This document shows, in pieces, positions 26,733 to 41,689 of a stretch of DNA of 64,000 nucleotides. Every line of letters starts with the position of its first letter. The stretch's first letter is position 1. The DNA lies in contig OX597816.1 of the NCBI GenBank assembly GCA_951406725.2, positions 158,906,001 through 158,970,000 on the forward strand, written 5' to 3'. This DNA comes from Octopus vulgaris. Lineage: Eukaryota. The position numbers were made by a program, and so were the translations under genes. The notes beneath the pieces are model-generated. The model was not told the origin of the DNA. It saw nothing but the letters and a program-made list of their open reading frames with translations, and did not search any database.

Positions 26733-27269
26733 ATACGTATCTATATATGTATATATATATGTGTGTGTGTATTTCATAAGATGTGAGAAAGCTGCCCAGT
26801 TGGGTGTTTGTATTAGTCATTTAAATGGCGATGGGTGATAGAATCAATGGAGCAACGAATAAAATGCCTTTTGGTATTTAGTTACGGACGTTTGCATTCT
26901 AATTTCAAATACTGTCGGTGCGAATTTTAATTTTTCCCTCTTTCAGAAGTCGATGAAGTACCAGTCATTATTGGGATCGATTTGATCGATTGCGCTCGCA
27001 TAAGAAATGTTCGGGGTATGTTAAAATACATAATTTAGAAAAGAAAAAGTTAGGGGCAGTGGAATGCAAGAGACCGTTGAGCGACTGAGACAATACACCA
27101 CCGAACGTAGTTACGTTTCGTTTGGATTTCCCTCTTCAAATTCTTGTAGCTTTACGCCAATGCCAATAACTGTCATAATTTAGTCAAAGACGAGTTCAAA
27201 TCTCGCCGTGGTCAAACTTTCCTGACGTCTTTTTATCATCAACATCGACCATTCGAGGACTAAGATTCA

Positions 27270-27497
27270 TTGGACCAGTTACCCGGTTTCCATAGCATAT
27301 AAGTAACCGGTATCCCATCATTACCCTTGATTAGGACGCCAATCCATCGCAAGGATGCTCATTTACAACTGTGTGACTGGAGCAACGTTATATGAAGTGT
27401 TTTGCACAAGAACACAACGTACCATTCAGCCCGGGAGCCGAAACCACGATGTTTCGATCGTGGATGCAACATCCTAAACACTAAGCCACGTGACTTC
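27270..27497 (-). mobile_element. Family C SINE inserted in a family B SINE
   Basis: Reverse tRNA-like head (cactaagccacgtgacttc); family B halves lie at about 27190 and 27510-27620. Confidence 0.7.
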
Positions 27498-27805
27498 CCT
27501 TCTCGTTCTTTCTTGGTCGATAAAATAAAGTAACAATCAAGAACTGGGGTCGATAATATCGATTAATCCCTTCCCTTCAAAACTGCAGGCCTTGCACCTA
27601 AATAACAAACCATTATTTAGTCTAAGAAAAAGGAAGGATTACCAACAACTCAGGTGGGAAACCTATACGCCAAGGAAACCGGGAAACCGGCCCTTATGAG
27701 CCAGGCATGGCTTGAGAAGGAACAAACAAACAACATACTAATCATTCAGCAGTGTTTACATACTATAAAATACTCTGATAGACATGATTAGTGAAAATTG
27801 TCTAC

Positions 27806-28195
27806 AGGCGCCGGAGTGGCTGTGTGGTAAGTAGCTTGCTAACCAATCACATGGTTCCGGGTTCAGTCCCACTGCGTGGCTTCTTGGGCAAGTGTCTTCT
27901 GCTATAGCCCCGGGCCGACCAATGCCTTGTGAGTGGATTTGGTAGACGGAAACTGAAAGAAGCCTGTCGTATATATGTATATATATGTGTGTGTGTGTGT
28001 CTGTGTTTGTCCCCCTAGCATTGCTTGACAACCGATGCTGGTGTGTTTACGTCCCCGTCACCTAGCGGTTCGGCAAAAGAGACCAATAGAATAAGTACTG
28101 GGCTTACAAAGAATAAGTCCCGGGGTCGATTTGCTCGATTAAAAGGCGGTGCTCCAGCATGGCCGCAGTCAAATGACTGAAACAAGTAAAAGAGT
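27806..28195 (+). mobile_element. Family A SINE, full length and young
   Basis: Complete head with Pol III A/B boxes, CORE-like segment, internal microsatellite and tail ggcggtgctccagcatggccgcagtcaaatgactgaaacaagtaaaagag. Confidence 0.92.
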
Positions 28196-28360
28196 ACAAT
28201 GTGTAGCAGCCTTCCAAAATTTGGTCAGGGTTCTATACTTTGGCTTACATTACGTTTTTAGGTATCAAATTCGCGACTCCAGTTGTTTCCGCTTTCGTTT
28301 ACAGCAATGTGTTGGCGAGCAACATTCATTATATCAAGTACAACGATAAGTACAACAATG

Positions 28361-28583
28361 AGGCGGCGAGCTGGTAGAAACGTTAGCACACCAGGCGAAA
28401 TGTTTAGCAGTATTTCGTCTGCCGTTAGGTTCTGAGTTCAAATTCCGCCGAGGTGGAAATTGCCTTTCATCCTTTCGAGGTCGATAAATTAAGTACCAGA
28501 TACGCACTTGGGTCGATGTAATCCCTTTGTCTATCCTTGTTTGTCCCCTCTGTGTTTAGTCGCTTGTGGGCAATAAAGAAATA
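28361..28583 (+). mobile_element. Family B SINE
   Basis: aggcggcgagctgg head; flanked by taagtacaac(a/g)at duplication. Confidence 0.88.
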
Positions 28584-30429
28584 AGTACAACGATACTCCA
28601 GAGGAACATTAAATGAACTCACATTCCACATAATTGTTTGTGTAGATAACTGCACTTTGTTATGTAAATTCCACATCAACGGTGGGTTGATAACTTTAAA
28701 GTAAGTAGTTTTTGTCAATATATAGGATGAAATGTTGCAACTCTGGAGTCGTCGAATGAAACACTGCGACATTCGGCCCAGAGGTGGATGTTTTATCTAA
28801 AAACAGCCAAATACAGTGTCGGCTCGTGTATAGGTACTATGGAACTGCAGCACCCCATATTTCCACTCGATATTATCCATAACATTCAATATAATGAGTC
28901 CTTTTTTCTTTAATTCTTTCTTTATACTTGTACATAATATAATCTTTAAGCTTAATATCAGTAGCCATTCTCTAGTTTATGAAAAAAATACAAAACTCCT
29001 TGTATAAAACTGTGCTCTTCACAGTTCCAGAGAGGCGGTGTTTGGTTGTTGTGCACATGCTCACATGTCCGAGGGAGAACAGTTCGCAGCTGTCAATATC
29101 TAATGTGATAAATCAATATCATACACCACTCTGTTTCGCTTCTGTTTATGATCAGAGTTACAGGCCTTATAGCGACAGAGGGTAGTGACAAACTGTTTTG
29201 TGAATCAAAGGGGCTGTCCAAAAGGGGGGTTTCGTCCTTATATTTTCTATGAATTGTGAAGAAATATTTCTAAGGTCCCACCTATATACACGTCATGACA
29301 ATGTTGAAATCCCTGCTGATTCTGGTCCGTGCAGAATATATCAACAGCCCAGTCATTAGTCCTAGTGTAACATGTATCTCTCACGTGACAATATACATAA
29401 GCTGATTCTCCCTTGATCCTCCCATTGGCTTATATCATTAAAAGGATTATACTGGAAGGACAAGAAAACACTTGGCTATTTTTTTCACTATTATGCACAA
29501 AGAATGGAGGACGGGAAGTTGTTCTCTGTCACTTCCTCTTTGATATCTCCTCTGAGTTATTGCATCAAATATTCGTTTGATTCGATTGTTGTATCTGCAC
29601 GTTGGTTTCTTTTAATGTAATAGTCTTGTCCTTAAGATTTTTATCATTGTCTTGCTACGTGAATGGTCAGATTTACAAAGAAATTTTATCACTCGGGAAT
29701 CTTCATTGACATCAACATGGTTTGTTTTAATACTTTCATTATATGCTTTCCACCAACAACGCCAGTAGAAGGCATAAGATATTAAACGCAGTGACACTTC
29801 AGAATAAATTATTTTACGAGCGCTCGTCTCTTCTTTTCATAGAAGGTTGAATGGAGAAAGAGAAAATGATTTTTGAAAGAAAATAGTAACGGAAGTCCAA
29901 TAGACAGAGTCAGAGGAAAAAAAAAGTATATTTATCACCTGGAACTGTCATCCAATAACATAAATACCAGGCGTTCTGACCAAAGGACCTTCTGAGAAAG
30001 GGGGCCAAGTTGATTGCATCAATCTCAGTGCTTGCCTGGTACTTATTTTATAAATCTCAAAAAGATGAAAGACAAAGTAGACCTCAATGGAATTTGAACT
30101 CAGAACATGCCGTTAGGCATCTTGCTCGGCATGCTAACGATTCTCCAGCTCGCTGCCGACGCCCCACTTAAATATTGTGACAGCCTACCAGTGGGACGTC
30201 GTTGCAATATTTTACGAAACATTAAGAAACATTTGTCTGGAACATGTCTTGAGTTACGTGACGGAACACAGAATGAACTGGTGTTGATCGACAACATCAG
30301 CCGCACTCACACTCAAGTTCTTTCTCAGACTGAAATCCACGATTGCATACGAAGAGTGTAGCTCACAACAGGACCAGTTCAAATCCACACATCTTGCGGG
30401 TATGTATTTTTGATTAAATGTATTATATA

Positions 30430-30819
30430 CTAGCAGTATCGCCCGGTGTTGCTCGGGTTTGTAAGGGAAATAACTATAAAGCATTTTTAGAGAGTTATAG
30501 CCAAAAAATAGCAAAAAATGCATTAAAAATGGAAAAAAAATTATGGTAATTTTTTTTAAATCGTTGACTCATCGTAGACATTTTTAGAGAGTTACTTCCC
30601 TTATATAATAGCAAAAAAATGCATTAAAATGGAAAAAATGATGGTAAATTATTTTTAAAATCGTAGACTCATCGTAGACGCGCGCTAATACCCAGAAGGG
30701 CTTGATATGAATCACGACTATAAGATACCCGGTTTTGGTTAAACTGCACCGCAAAATGTGGGAGTAGTTAGGAATCTAAATCGGAGTAGACAAACACACA
30801 ACCTTTCTTTTATATATAA

Positions 30820-30822
<3 letters not shown>
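30430..30822 (-). mobile_element. Non-autonomous Helitron
   Basis: Minus strand begins A|TCTTTATATATAA and ends CTAG|T; subterminal hairpin cccggtgttgctcggg (30442-30457); internal duplication of about 100 bp; no TSD. Confidence 0.85.
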
Positions 30823-30888
<66 letters not shown>

Positions 30889-30904
30889 GTATACTCAGGC
30901 CTAT

Positions 30905-31265
30905 TCCTCATTTTTTTTTTTAGAAGTGGGTAACCACAACAAGACACACCAGGCATTCCATTCATTTCCCAGCTCAAAGAGGCGAGCCCTGTCCTATGCT
31001 CGGGCCAAGGCATAGAACGCAATCCCCGATATCAGCAGCGGGGCCCGACAGCATATGCTGGTTTCCCCCCGCCGTATCGAATTTACTCATCCTTCCACAA
31101 ACACTGTCCAAGCTTTCCTGTCGTTTATAAACTCTCTTGCCCTTCTCACTCCAACACCTCTAACCACCAAAGCTTTCCTCGCTCCAGCCATCCACACAAA
31201 CCAAGGTCTGCCTCTGAGTCTGCTGCCTACCACTTCTTTGATTAAATGTATATCAGAAAACTAAA
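30905..31265 (-). mobile_element. RTE LINE 3' end with UTR and poly(A)
   Basis: Minus frame reads EVVGSRLRGRPWFVWMAGARKALVVRGVGVRRAREFINDRKAW, typical of the RTE C-terminus; T-run at 30911-30921. Confidence 0.75.
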
Positions 31266-32027
31266 AGTCAAAGTCTACTGGCACTGGATTCGAGCTTGGG
31301 AATGTGGTATCACCAAATGAGATACTTCAAAATTTTCAAACTACTGCAATTAGTGACGAACACTTTGAAGTACTAAAGATGGCGGTGTTGGTGGTAAGAT
31401 CCAGTTTGTCAAATTTGCGACTTTGTTTCAGATGCAGATCGAACACTTCTGCTTCAAAAATAAGGGTTTTTTTTTTTCTTTTTGGTAAAGTTTAGAGGTC
31501 ATGTCACTACCAATGTTTCGCTTCTCAGAAAAGTTGATTGCCGATCAATGAATACTTCTGCATAATAAAGATCGATCAATCGATTAGTCATTACATTATG
31601 AGATACATATACATGTATGAGTGTGTGCATGCATGCGTGTAAGCGTGTGTGTGTGTGTGCGTGTTTAGTCTATGATTCACGCCTGCATTGCGTGAAACAC
31701 TGAGCATCTAAAGACTGAGTCATCATAATAAACTTTACCAAACTTCACAACTTGTATTGAGTACGCGTTTTCTCATTTGCAATGGACCCTCCCTCCCTCC
31801 CCTCTCTCTCTCTTTCTGGCTGTCTGTCAGGCTCTCCGTCTCTCTCCCGCGCGCACGCACATACACCCACACCCACGCACCCCACACACAGATTTCATAA
31901 GTTCGTCAAGGTGAATGCGACTGAAAGGGAAAAACTAGGGAATAACTAAATGAAGAATATCTACAATGATGTTTCGGGCAATTTCTCTATCGTAAGTTCA
32001 TCAAATGCATACATACCCCCCGACACA

Positions 32028-32058
<31 letters not shown>

Positions 32059-32069
32059 GTGTGTATACT

Positions 32070-32266
32070 TACTTTCTTTTTACTCGTTTCAGTCATTTGA
32101 CTGTGGCCATGCTGGAGCACCGCCTTTTTGTCGAGCAAATCGACCCCAGGACTTATTCTATCGGCCTCTTTTGCCGAACTGCTAAGTTACGGGGATGTAA
32201 ACACACCAACATCGGTTGTCAAGCGATGCTGGGGGGACAAACATAGATACACAAACATATACACAC

Positions 32267-32319
<53 letters not shown>

Positions 32320-32482
32320 TATGACGGGCTTCTTTCAGTTTCCGTCTACCAAATCCACTCACAAGGTTTTGGTCGGCCCAAGGCTATTGTAGAAGACACC
32401 TGCCCAAGGTGCCACGCAGTGGGAATGAACCCGAAACCATGGGGTTGGTAAGCAAGCTACTTAACACACAGCCACTCCTGCG
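32070..32482 (-). mobile_element. Family A SINE, full length
   Basis: Reverse complement of the 27806-28195 type. Confidence 0.9.
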
Positions 32483-32698
32483 TATGTGTATGCGTGTGTG
32501 TATGTGAGATCTTTGTTCTATTTAAAACCAACTTAACATTAAATTAAAGGCTAACTCAATACTTTTTGTAGAGTACATATTTATTAATTTTTACGAGGAA
32601 AAGGTTGTCAGTGATTTCGAAGTTTCGCCATACTGACCATCATCAGGCAATCAGATGACAGTCAGTAAGCCGAACTATACCTAATTATCTACAAACAC

Positions 32699-32759
<61 letters not shown>

Positions 32760-32843
32760 ATAATGGCCAAAATCCTCATACTGCTGGTTTTTATGCCCCT
32801 TTCCTGTTCATAATTACTTTTCTTGTGATATTCAAAAGATATT

Positions 32844-33047
32844 AAGGCGGCGAGCTGGCAGAAACGTTAGCATGCCGGGTGAAACGTTTAGCGATATTTC
32901 GTTCTGAGTTCAAATTTCGTCGAGGTCGACTTTGCCTTTCATCCTTTCGGGGTTGATGAATTAAATACCAGTTGCGTACTAGGGTCGATCTAATCTACTG
33001 GCCCCGGCTTCCCCAAAATTTTGGGCCTTGTGCCTAGAGTAGAAGAG
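32844..33047 (+). mobile_element. Family B SINE with perfect 17-bp TSD
   Basis: gatattcaaaagatatt at 32827-32843 and 33048-33064. Confidence 0.92.
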
Positions 33048-34874
33048 GATATTCAAAAGATATTTTATTGTCCTCTAACCCAAGTTGCTTTAAAACTGAT
33101 ATTGTTCTTCAACTGAATATTTCAACTTTGAGGTTTAGATACTCTCTAAAACACATGCAATCAGCCTAAACCGAAAATTTATGAAACTTCATATAAGACA
33201 AAAATTATTGTATTTAGTTTGCAAATGATGATTTATAACAGTATTTAGTGGAACAACTTTTTACCTTGATTACATCACCGATTCTTTTTGGCGTGGAAGA
33301 GTTTTCTTCAATTCCCGGGGTTTATTATTCTAAAGCAGAGCGGGCCGCATGAGACATGGTTCATCATCAGACGGGCCTCACTGCTAACAATAGAAATTGA
33401 AGGTAATTTTTCGTTTGGCGAGCCATTCAGAAGGTGTCGCGGCCGCAGTTTGCCCATGACTGTTCCAAACCAAACGTTGATGGTTGTTTCAATTCACTGA
33501 GTTCTGAAGCTATGTTTGGAAACTGATAACTGTTTCTAGATTCCTGTTCATAAATTCTCATTCTGATTAAGTAGTCATTATCTTGTTGAAAAATTGCTTC
33601 TAATGAGTCATGTAGAAACATTATTAATTGAGGGCAATAATTTCGTTTCCAAGTTGGAAACGAAGCTTCTTGGTATTTACTTTTAAAATTCCATTTAATA
33701 TTTCCGAACGGCCAAAAATTTCTGCAAGGCATACAACCCTACAATATTACACTGGTTTCGTTGTTTATGCTAGAGTTGCTATACCATAGTTTGATAACTG
33801 TGGCACTGAGGATTCGGCGATTCCGCTTATATTTGTTTCTGCTTTGACTATCTCGGAATTACGACCAACGTTGAAGAGAAACAGCAGTAGCATCAGCTAT
33901 GGTCTTCACCTCAGGGGCCTACAATTGTCATCGCCTCTTTTACTGTTTTCAACCTTCCTTATTCTTTTCGGGTTTTTTTTCCTGTTCTCTAAGCAGAAGG
34001 TCCTTGGATGTAGTAACTGGTCCCTCTGCACTGCTTTTCCGCTCCCATAACGAGGTTTAACTTCAGGATAACCCTGTGATCTTCCAGAGTCACCAGTATC
34101 CGGATGTTGATACGGATCCTACAAGACCACATGTTGCTGCAGATTACCTACGAGCTCACCACCTATTTGTTCTCTGCTACAGGCCAATGGTCAACCCAAG
34201 TACTAATATAACTGATCGGGACTCTAATATCATTGTTTTCTATTGCAACATAAGTCTGGAGCATACATGTAACACACGCTCTGCTTGTCTTCCGCTTCAT
34301 TCTCAGTCTTAGAACCCAGGCATATGTTTCCAGCTTCAATCGAGGGAGCACATACACTTCATTTGGCTTGCACATAATATAATTCAATCCATCGCTTCTT
34401 AAAAACTAATCTTCGTCTCTTCAATCCTTTTGATTTCGTAACAAATTTTTGTTGTTTATTCCTTATGTTGTTTTATCCACAAAGGAATTTTCTTTTTAAA
34501 ATATTCAGTTATCATTGTTTTCTTAGTAATCTTTCTTTAAGTCTTCCATAAAAGAGTCCTTGCACTATTACTTGTGTCGCCGAAACTGATTTCACTGGCT
34601 ACTATTGTTTGCTGTATTTCTTTTGATATTGCCTGATGATCAGTTAGAGCTAATGAAACCATAAATCAGTAATCCAACTTGTTTGCTCTTTTCTTCCTAT
34701 TCGTCTTGGTAAAATTTTCTTTCGCCGGATTTTGTTAATCTTCTCTCACTCTTCTTGCTATTCATCGCAAGGTGTATCTTCTCTTTTTTCGTCTCGACGC
34801 TGTCTAGTCTCTCCAAACATGAAGAGGTCATAGTGACAAACGATGAGTATAAATACAAGTAACATCCGTCGTCT

Positions 34875-35055
34875 GATTGGTTAGTAGAAACGATTCAATT
34901 GGTTCTCCGAGAGGATTGGTTGCCGAAAGTGGTGTGATCGTGCCTGAACTCTGATTGGTTGCCGAAAGTGGTGTGACGGTACCTCAACACTGACTGGTTG
35001 CAGCAAGTGGTGTAGTTGTGTCATACGATTTGTTGGCAGCCAAAGAGTGATGTGC
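34875..35055 (-). repeat. 39-bp tandem repeat carrying CCAAT boxes
   Basis: gattgg/gactgg at 34875, 34914, 34953 and 34992 (exact 39-bp spacing); degenerate fifth unit at 35031. Confidence 0.85.
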
Positions 35056-35320
35056 TCTTGTGTCAAGACTGATCCACCATTGAATGCAAAGTTACAAAAT
35101 ACATGTTTTTAATATGATATACCAGTATTACGCTTAGTATAATTTTAGTTTTCTAACCACCTGATTTAGTGTAAGCAGAAAATCAATATTTAAGCAATGT
35201 AGGCTAAAGAACAAAAACAAAACAATAGTATCATTTGAATTGAAGCAATTGGCACAAAGACTACAAACAATATCTGTAAGAAAGTGTTCAACATGTTGGC
35301 GACTACTGTATATATATATA

Positions 35321-35369
35321 TCATCATCATCATCGTTTAATGTCCGCCTTCCATGTTAGCAGGGATGGG
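35321..35369 (-). mobile_element. Extreme 3' end of an RTE-type retroposon in (TA)n
   Basis: Minus strand catggaaggcggacattaaac(gat)n tail embedded in a TA repeat. Confidence 0.55.
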
Positions 35370-36069
35370 ACTATATATATATATATATATATATCGCTAC
35401 AAAATCATAGTTAAACTATGGCACACGATTTTGCAAGACATCCTATATGGTGCTGGTCAGATAGCAAGGATCTGGTAGCTTTTAATGGCCGGTAGTCTAA
35501 TACAATGAGAAGTACAAATGAATGCACTTTAGAAGACATTGGAAATTTTTAGCCGTTCAGCGCTTTACAGTAAATCGATTTGTTCCACGTCTGTCAAAGA
35601 TGCAAGCTCATCTCTCAAACCTCTTATTTCTTGGAGAAAGTACACTGTGGGCAGTTCCCCGTGATTCTCGTGATATAGCCTTGCCAATTCTGAGAAAGGG
35701 AGAGAATCGGCCTTAGAAGGCTGAAGGCTAAAGTTAATCCTCGGTGGGAATTAAATTTTGAACGTAAAGAGTCAGAACAATTGCCATAAGACATTTGTCC
35801 AAAACTCAAAATTTTGCTGATCAACCGCCATTGATAATGCAAACAATCAAATGTGAACACAGACATAGAGAGATGGACGGTCAAAAAGTTACAATATTGC
35901 GTGGGCGGAATGGTGAATGGTTCGGCTAAACGATACGGCAAATGAATGGGGATACGGATGAACGGTCCGAGAAACGGGTGGTTAGACACAGATAAATTTT
36001 GTGTGAGTGTGATCGAGCGAGAGGATAGTTAGTCAGATATACTGGGTGGAAGGGCGAATGAGTAAATAA

Positions 36070-36124
36070 ATAGACAGACAAATAGATAGATAGACAGGCA
36101 GATATACTGATAGATAGATATACT

Positions 36125-36174
<50 letters not shown>

Positions 36175-36175
36175 C

Positions 36176-36225
<50 letters not shown>

Positions 36226-36240
36226 TCAGACAGACAAACT

Positions 36241-36277
<37 letters not shown>

Positions 36278-36309
36278 TCAGACAGACAAACTGATAGATA
36301 GATAGATAA

Positions 36310-36342
<33 letters not shown>

Positions 36343-36349
36343 TAGATAC

Positions 36350-36445
<96 letters not shown>

Positions 36446-36450
36446 TCAGA
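36070..36450. repeat. (GATA)n/(GACA)n microsatellite
   Basis: Directly visible. Confidence 0.95.
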
Positions 36451-37297
36451 CAAAAAGGCAGGTAGATAAAAAGACGGACAAACATGGATAAACAGACACT
36501 GATAAATTGAATAGATTGATAAACTGAAATATAAATAGATGGTTAGAAAGAGACAGATATGGAAATATTCAAAAAGGAATATTTTCATGATCAGCTGTTG
36601 ACTGGAAACCATCGGAACTTTGCCACCTGACTGTCTCTCTTTTGTTGGATGTTTTAGAACTAGGATGTATGGATATCATTAAGGGAAACTCCATTATCTT
36701 CACACAAATATGAGCGGCAAAAGAGAAAAAAAAAAAAGAAAAATGGCTGATCGGCGAACAGTTTGTCTAAGTCTTTAAACGATGTGCATTCCATCGTGAC
36801 GTTCACGTGCAATTATTTGTGCCTTTGCTCGCTTGTCTGTGCGTGTGAGTGTGCGCAAGTGATCGCTTGTTCATTTGTGTGTTTGCATTTCTGCATGCGC
36901 ACGTGATCGTCTGCGGGCGCGATTTTCCGCGTGTGTATGTGTGTATGCGAGTGTGAGAGCTTGCTTTCACTCATGTATATGTGTGCATGCTTGCTTGCGT
37001 GTACGGGCAGTTGTAAGCGCGTTTCAGCGAGTGTGTATGGAGACTTATATGAATGCGCTTAAGTTTCAGTACATGGTTTCCAAATATAATAAGCGAACAG
37101 AAATTAAGACGAAGAATTAAGAATCTATTAACCAAGAATTATTCCAAAAGGAAGAATATTCATGAATGCATTTCGTGTTCTGCCGTCATTCTGTTGTCTC
37201 TGTTCCAATAGTTACGACAAAATGGTAGTGCAAAGTGCGTCACGTTTTGATAATCAAACGCGAAGTCACATGATGTCATGACATGCTAGGTCAGTTA

Positions 37298-38740
<1,443 letters not shown>

Positions 38741-38797
38741 GAGAGTGAGAGAGAGAGCGTGAAAAAGTGAGGGAAAAGAAGAGTTTGAATTCCTTAC

Positions 38798-38866
38798 CGT
38801 AACTTGACATGTGCATATAGCAACGTACGAAAATGTCATGTGACTCCGGTTCACAAATATAACTGA
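38798..38866 (-). other. Candidate first exon (Inr-like TCAGTT to donor ACG|GTAAGG), possibly encoding [14 protein letters not shown]
   Basis: TCAGTT at 38866-38861, ATG at 38839, 14 open codons to a phase-0 donor; unique CpG-containing island between microsatellites. Confidence 0.4.
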
Positions 38867-39027
38867 GTGCATAATCACGCGATGTCTATGTGTGCACGCG
38901 TTTCGCGTGTGCTTATGCGCACGCGCGTTCGTAACACACACCTGATCTATAGTCTTCAGATCGATTACTGACATTGAAAGTTTAAATAGAAACGGGTTAA
39001 ACTGATTGAAGTGAGCATGTTCTCTTG

Positions 39028-39087
<60 letters not shown>

Positions 39088-39098
39088 ATGTGTGTGTT

Positions 39099-39158
<60 letters not shown>

Positions 39159-39204
39159 TGTGTGTGCGTGTGTCTGCGCATGCATGCGTGTTAGTGAATC
39201 TGTT

Positions 39205-39705
39205 AATCCTTTCTACTGAAAGGCACAATGCCTGAAATTTGGTGGGACGTGAACTGATCGATTACATCGACCCCGGTGTTTCATTGGTACTTAATTTATC
39301 GAATCTGAAAGGATGAAAGGCAAAGTTGACCCCGTCGGAATTTGAACTCAGAACGTCGCGGTAGATGAAATACCTATTTCTTTACTACCCACAAGGGGCT
39401 AAACACAGAGGGGACAAACAAGGACAGACAAACGGATTAAGCCGGTTATATCGACCCCTGTGCGTAACTGGTACTTATTTAATCGACCCCGAAAGGATGA
39501 AAAGCAAAGTCGACCTCGGCGGAATTTGAACTCAGAACGTAGCGGCAGACGAAATACCACTAAGCATTTCGCCCGGCGTGCTAACGACTCTGCCAGTGCG
39601 TAACTGGTACTTATTTAATCGACCCCGAAAGGATGAAATACCGCTAAGCATCTCTGCAAAGCATTTTGCCTGGCGTGCTAACGATTCTGCCATCTTGACG
39701 CCTAA
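39205..39705 (-). mobile_element. Family B SINE with internally repeated modules
   Basis: Three successive cgaccccgaaaggatgaaa-type modules in reverse orientation. Confidence 0.88.
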
Positions 39706-40009
39706 GTGATGCTGTTAATACTAAAAGGGGTGGAAGTGATATTATGCTGTTTAGCCCCAGGTCAGCCTTGACTGAGCAGATCTATGATCGAAGGTATTCC
39801 ATCGGTGACCACCTCTCTTTTTCTATGTCAGACATATTCCTGGTAGAATATCTAAGATTATATTATCTCGCGTGTGCTTTTACTATTTTTTTGTGGTGGG
39901 TGGGGTGGGGGTAGAGTCGTTAAGGAGCCAGATAGAAGTCCCCTCACTATTTTGTTGTCCGGGTTTAAATCCCGACGAGGTCAACATTACCTTCCATCCT
40001 TTTGGATGA

Positions 40010-40298
40010 ACTACTAAGCTACATGGACGTAAACACACCAACACCGGTTACAAGCGGCAGTGGGGAACAAACACAGACACAGAGATATACGCACACACAA
40101 ACACGCGCGCGCGCGCACACACACACACGCACACATATACGACGGGTTTCTTTCAGTTTCCATCAATTAAATCCTCTCAGTAGGCTTTGGTTGGCCCGAG
40201 GCTATAGTAGAAGATACTTGTCCCAGGTGCCACGCAGAGGGACTGAAGTCGGAACCCTGTGATTGAGAAGCAAATTTCTTATCATGCAACCACGCCTA
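40010..40298 (-). mobile_element. Family A SINE (3'-truncated)
   Basis: gacgtaaacacaccaacaccgg...ccacgcagagggactgaa reverse copy. Confidence 0.8.
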
Positions 40299-40338
40299 TA
40301 CATACATACATACATACATACATACATACATACATACA

Positions 40339-40371
<33 letters not shown>

Positions 40372-40478
40372 TTTAGAAGTAATTGTGTCTATATCCGGTT
40401 ATAGAGTGACCCATCGTTTCTCATCCACAAAGACTTTACCTAACCTCGTGGACTCCTAGTCAGACTCTATGCTGAAGA

Positions 40479-40544
<66 letters not shown>

Positions 40545-41689
40545 TTCTCCCTAAATATATGATCTTGGGGTACTTTGCTCACCAATATTTTAAGCACAAT
40601 TAAGGGCGATAGATTGGCAGAACCAGCAGAACATTGAATAAAATATTTGGCTAAAATATTTAGTCATTCTTCTTTGAAGTTTGACTCACACTGCCATTAG
40701 GGTCGACTTTGTATTTCATCCTTTAGAAGTCGATAATATAAGTAACAGTCGAGAATTGGTATCGATTAATGCTCAAAGTTTGTGATCTTGTGTCGATGTC
40801 ACAATCTTCTTTTCGAGTAGTGGGCGTTATTTCTGCTAATCGAAGGCGGCAATCTTGTAGAATCGTTTGAGTCTCGGAAAAAATATCTTTGCTGCTTCAT
40901 GTCTCTTTACGTTCAAAGTTCAGTTTCCCTGAGGTCATCTTTGCCTTTTATGTCTTCTAAAGCAACCATATAAAGTACCAGCGGAGTACTGAGGTCGATA
41001 GTATTGACTAACTCCCTCTCCTTGAAATTTATGGTCTTGTGTTTAAATGAGAAACAATTATTCCCCTTAAACTGTACGCGCACAAAACGTTTTACAACTA
41101 GCGCACAAAATAATTGGTTGCCTAAAATAATGTAACAATACATGATTATATTATACATTGAGTATATACATACGATATAGTCGTTGAAGAAAAAAATGGA
41201 ATAAGCATAAAACGTTTATATAAGATTACCGAGTGTAGCAAATCAGAAGAAGACCGCACAAATTGCCGAGTGATAGTTATGTCTACGATTTGACCGCAAA
41301 TCTCGCCTGAAATTTATGCTTTTAAAAATCGATAGTTATCGACTCGTATTCATTTCATTAAGTCCAGAAAGATTGAAGGCAAAGTTGGGTTCGGTTAAAT
41401 TTGAACTCAAAACGAAGAGCCACAGATAATTGAATTGAAATGTGGGCGATTCATAACTCCTCATCGTGAAAATGATTGTTCGCGTTCAACTCATTTATCC
41501 TTCAGTGACTAAAATTAAATTAGAGTATGAATAGGTTCCATAAAGTGATATACAGGGTCTGCTGAGTATCTGTGAAGAAAATTTAGCAGAACATAAATGG
41601 AAGACAATCTTATATTATGCGGGTATGCATCAAATTTTAACTTCCTTGTTTTTCTCCCAAGTGTATCTAGGATATCAACATGGTACATT

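Noticed and set aside
34631-34672. CTGATGA...GAAAC hammerhead-like spacing
   Set aside because: No convincing stem II or stems I/III; likely chance.
34875-35055. CRISPR-like repeat-spacer appearance of the 39-bp array
   Set aside because: Eukaryotic context, variable parts are related to each other and too short, no cas genes.
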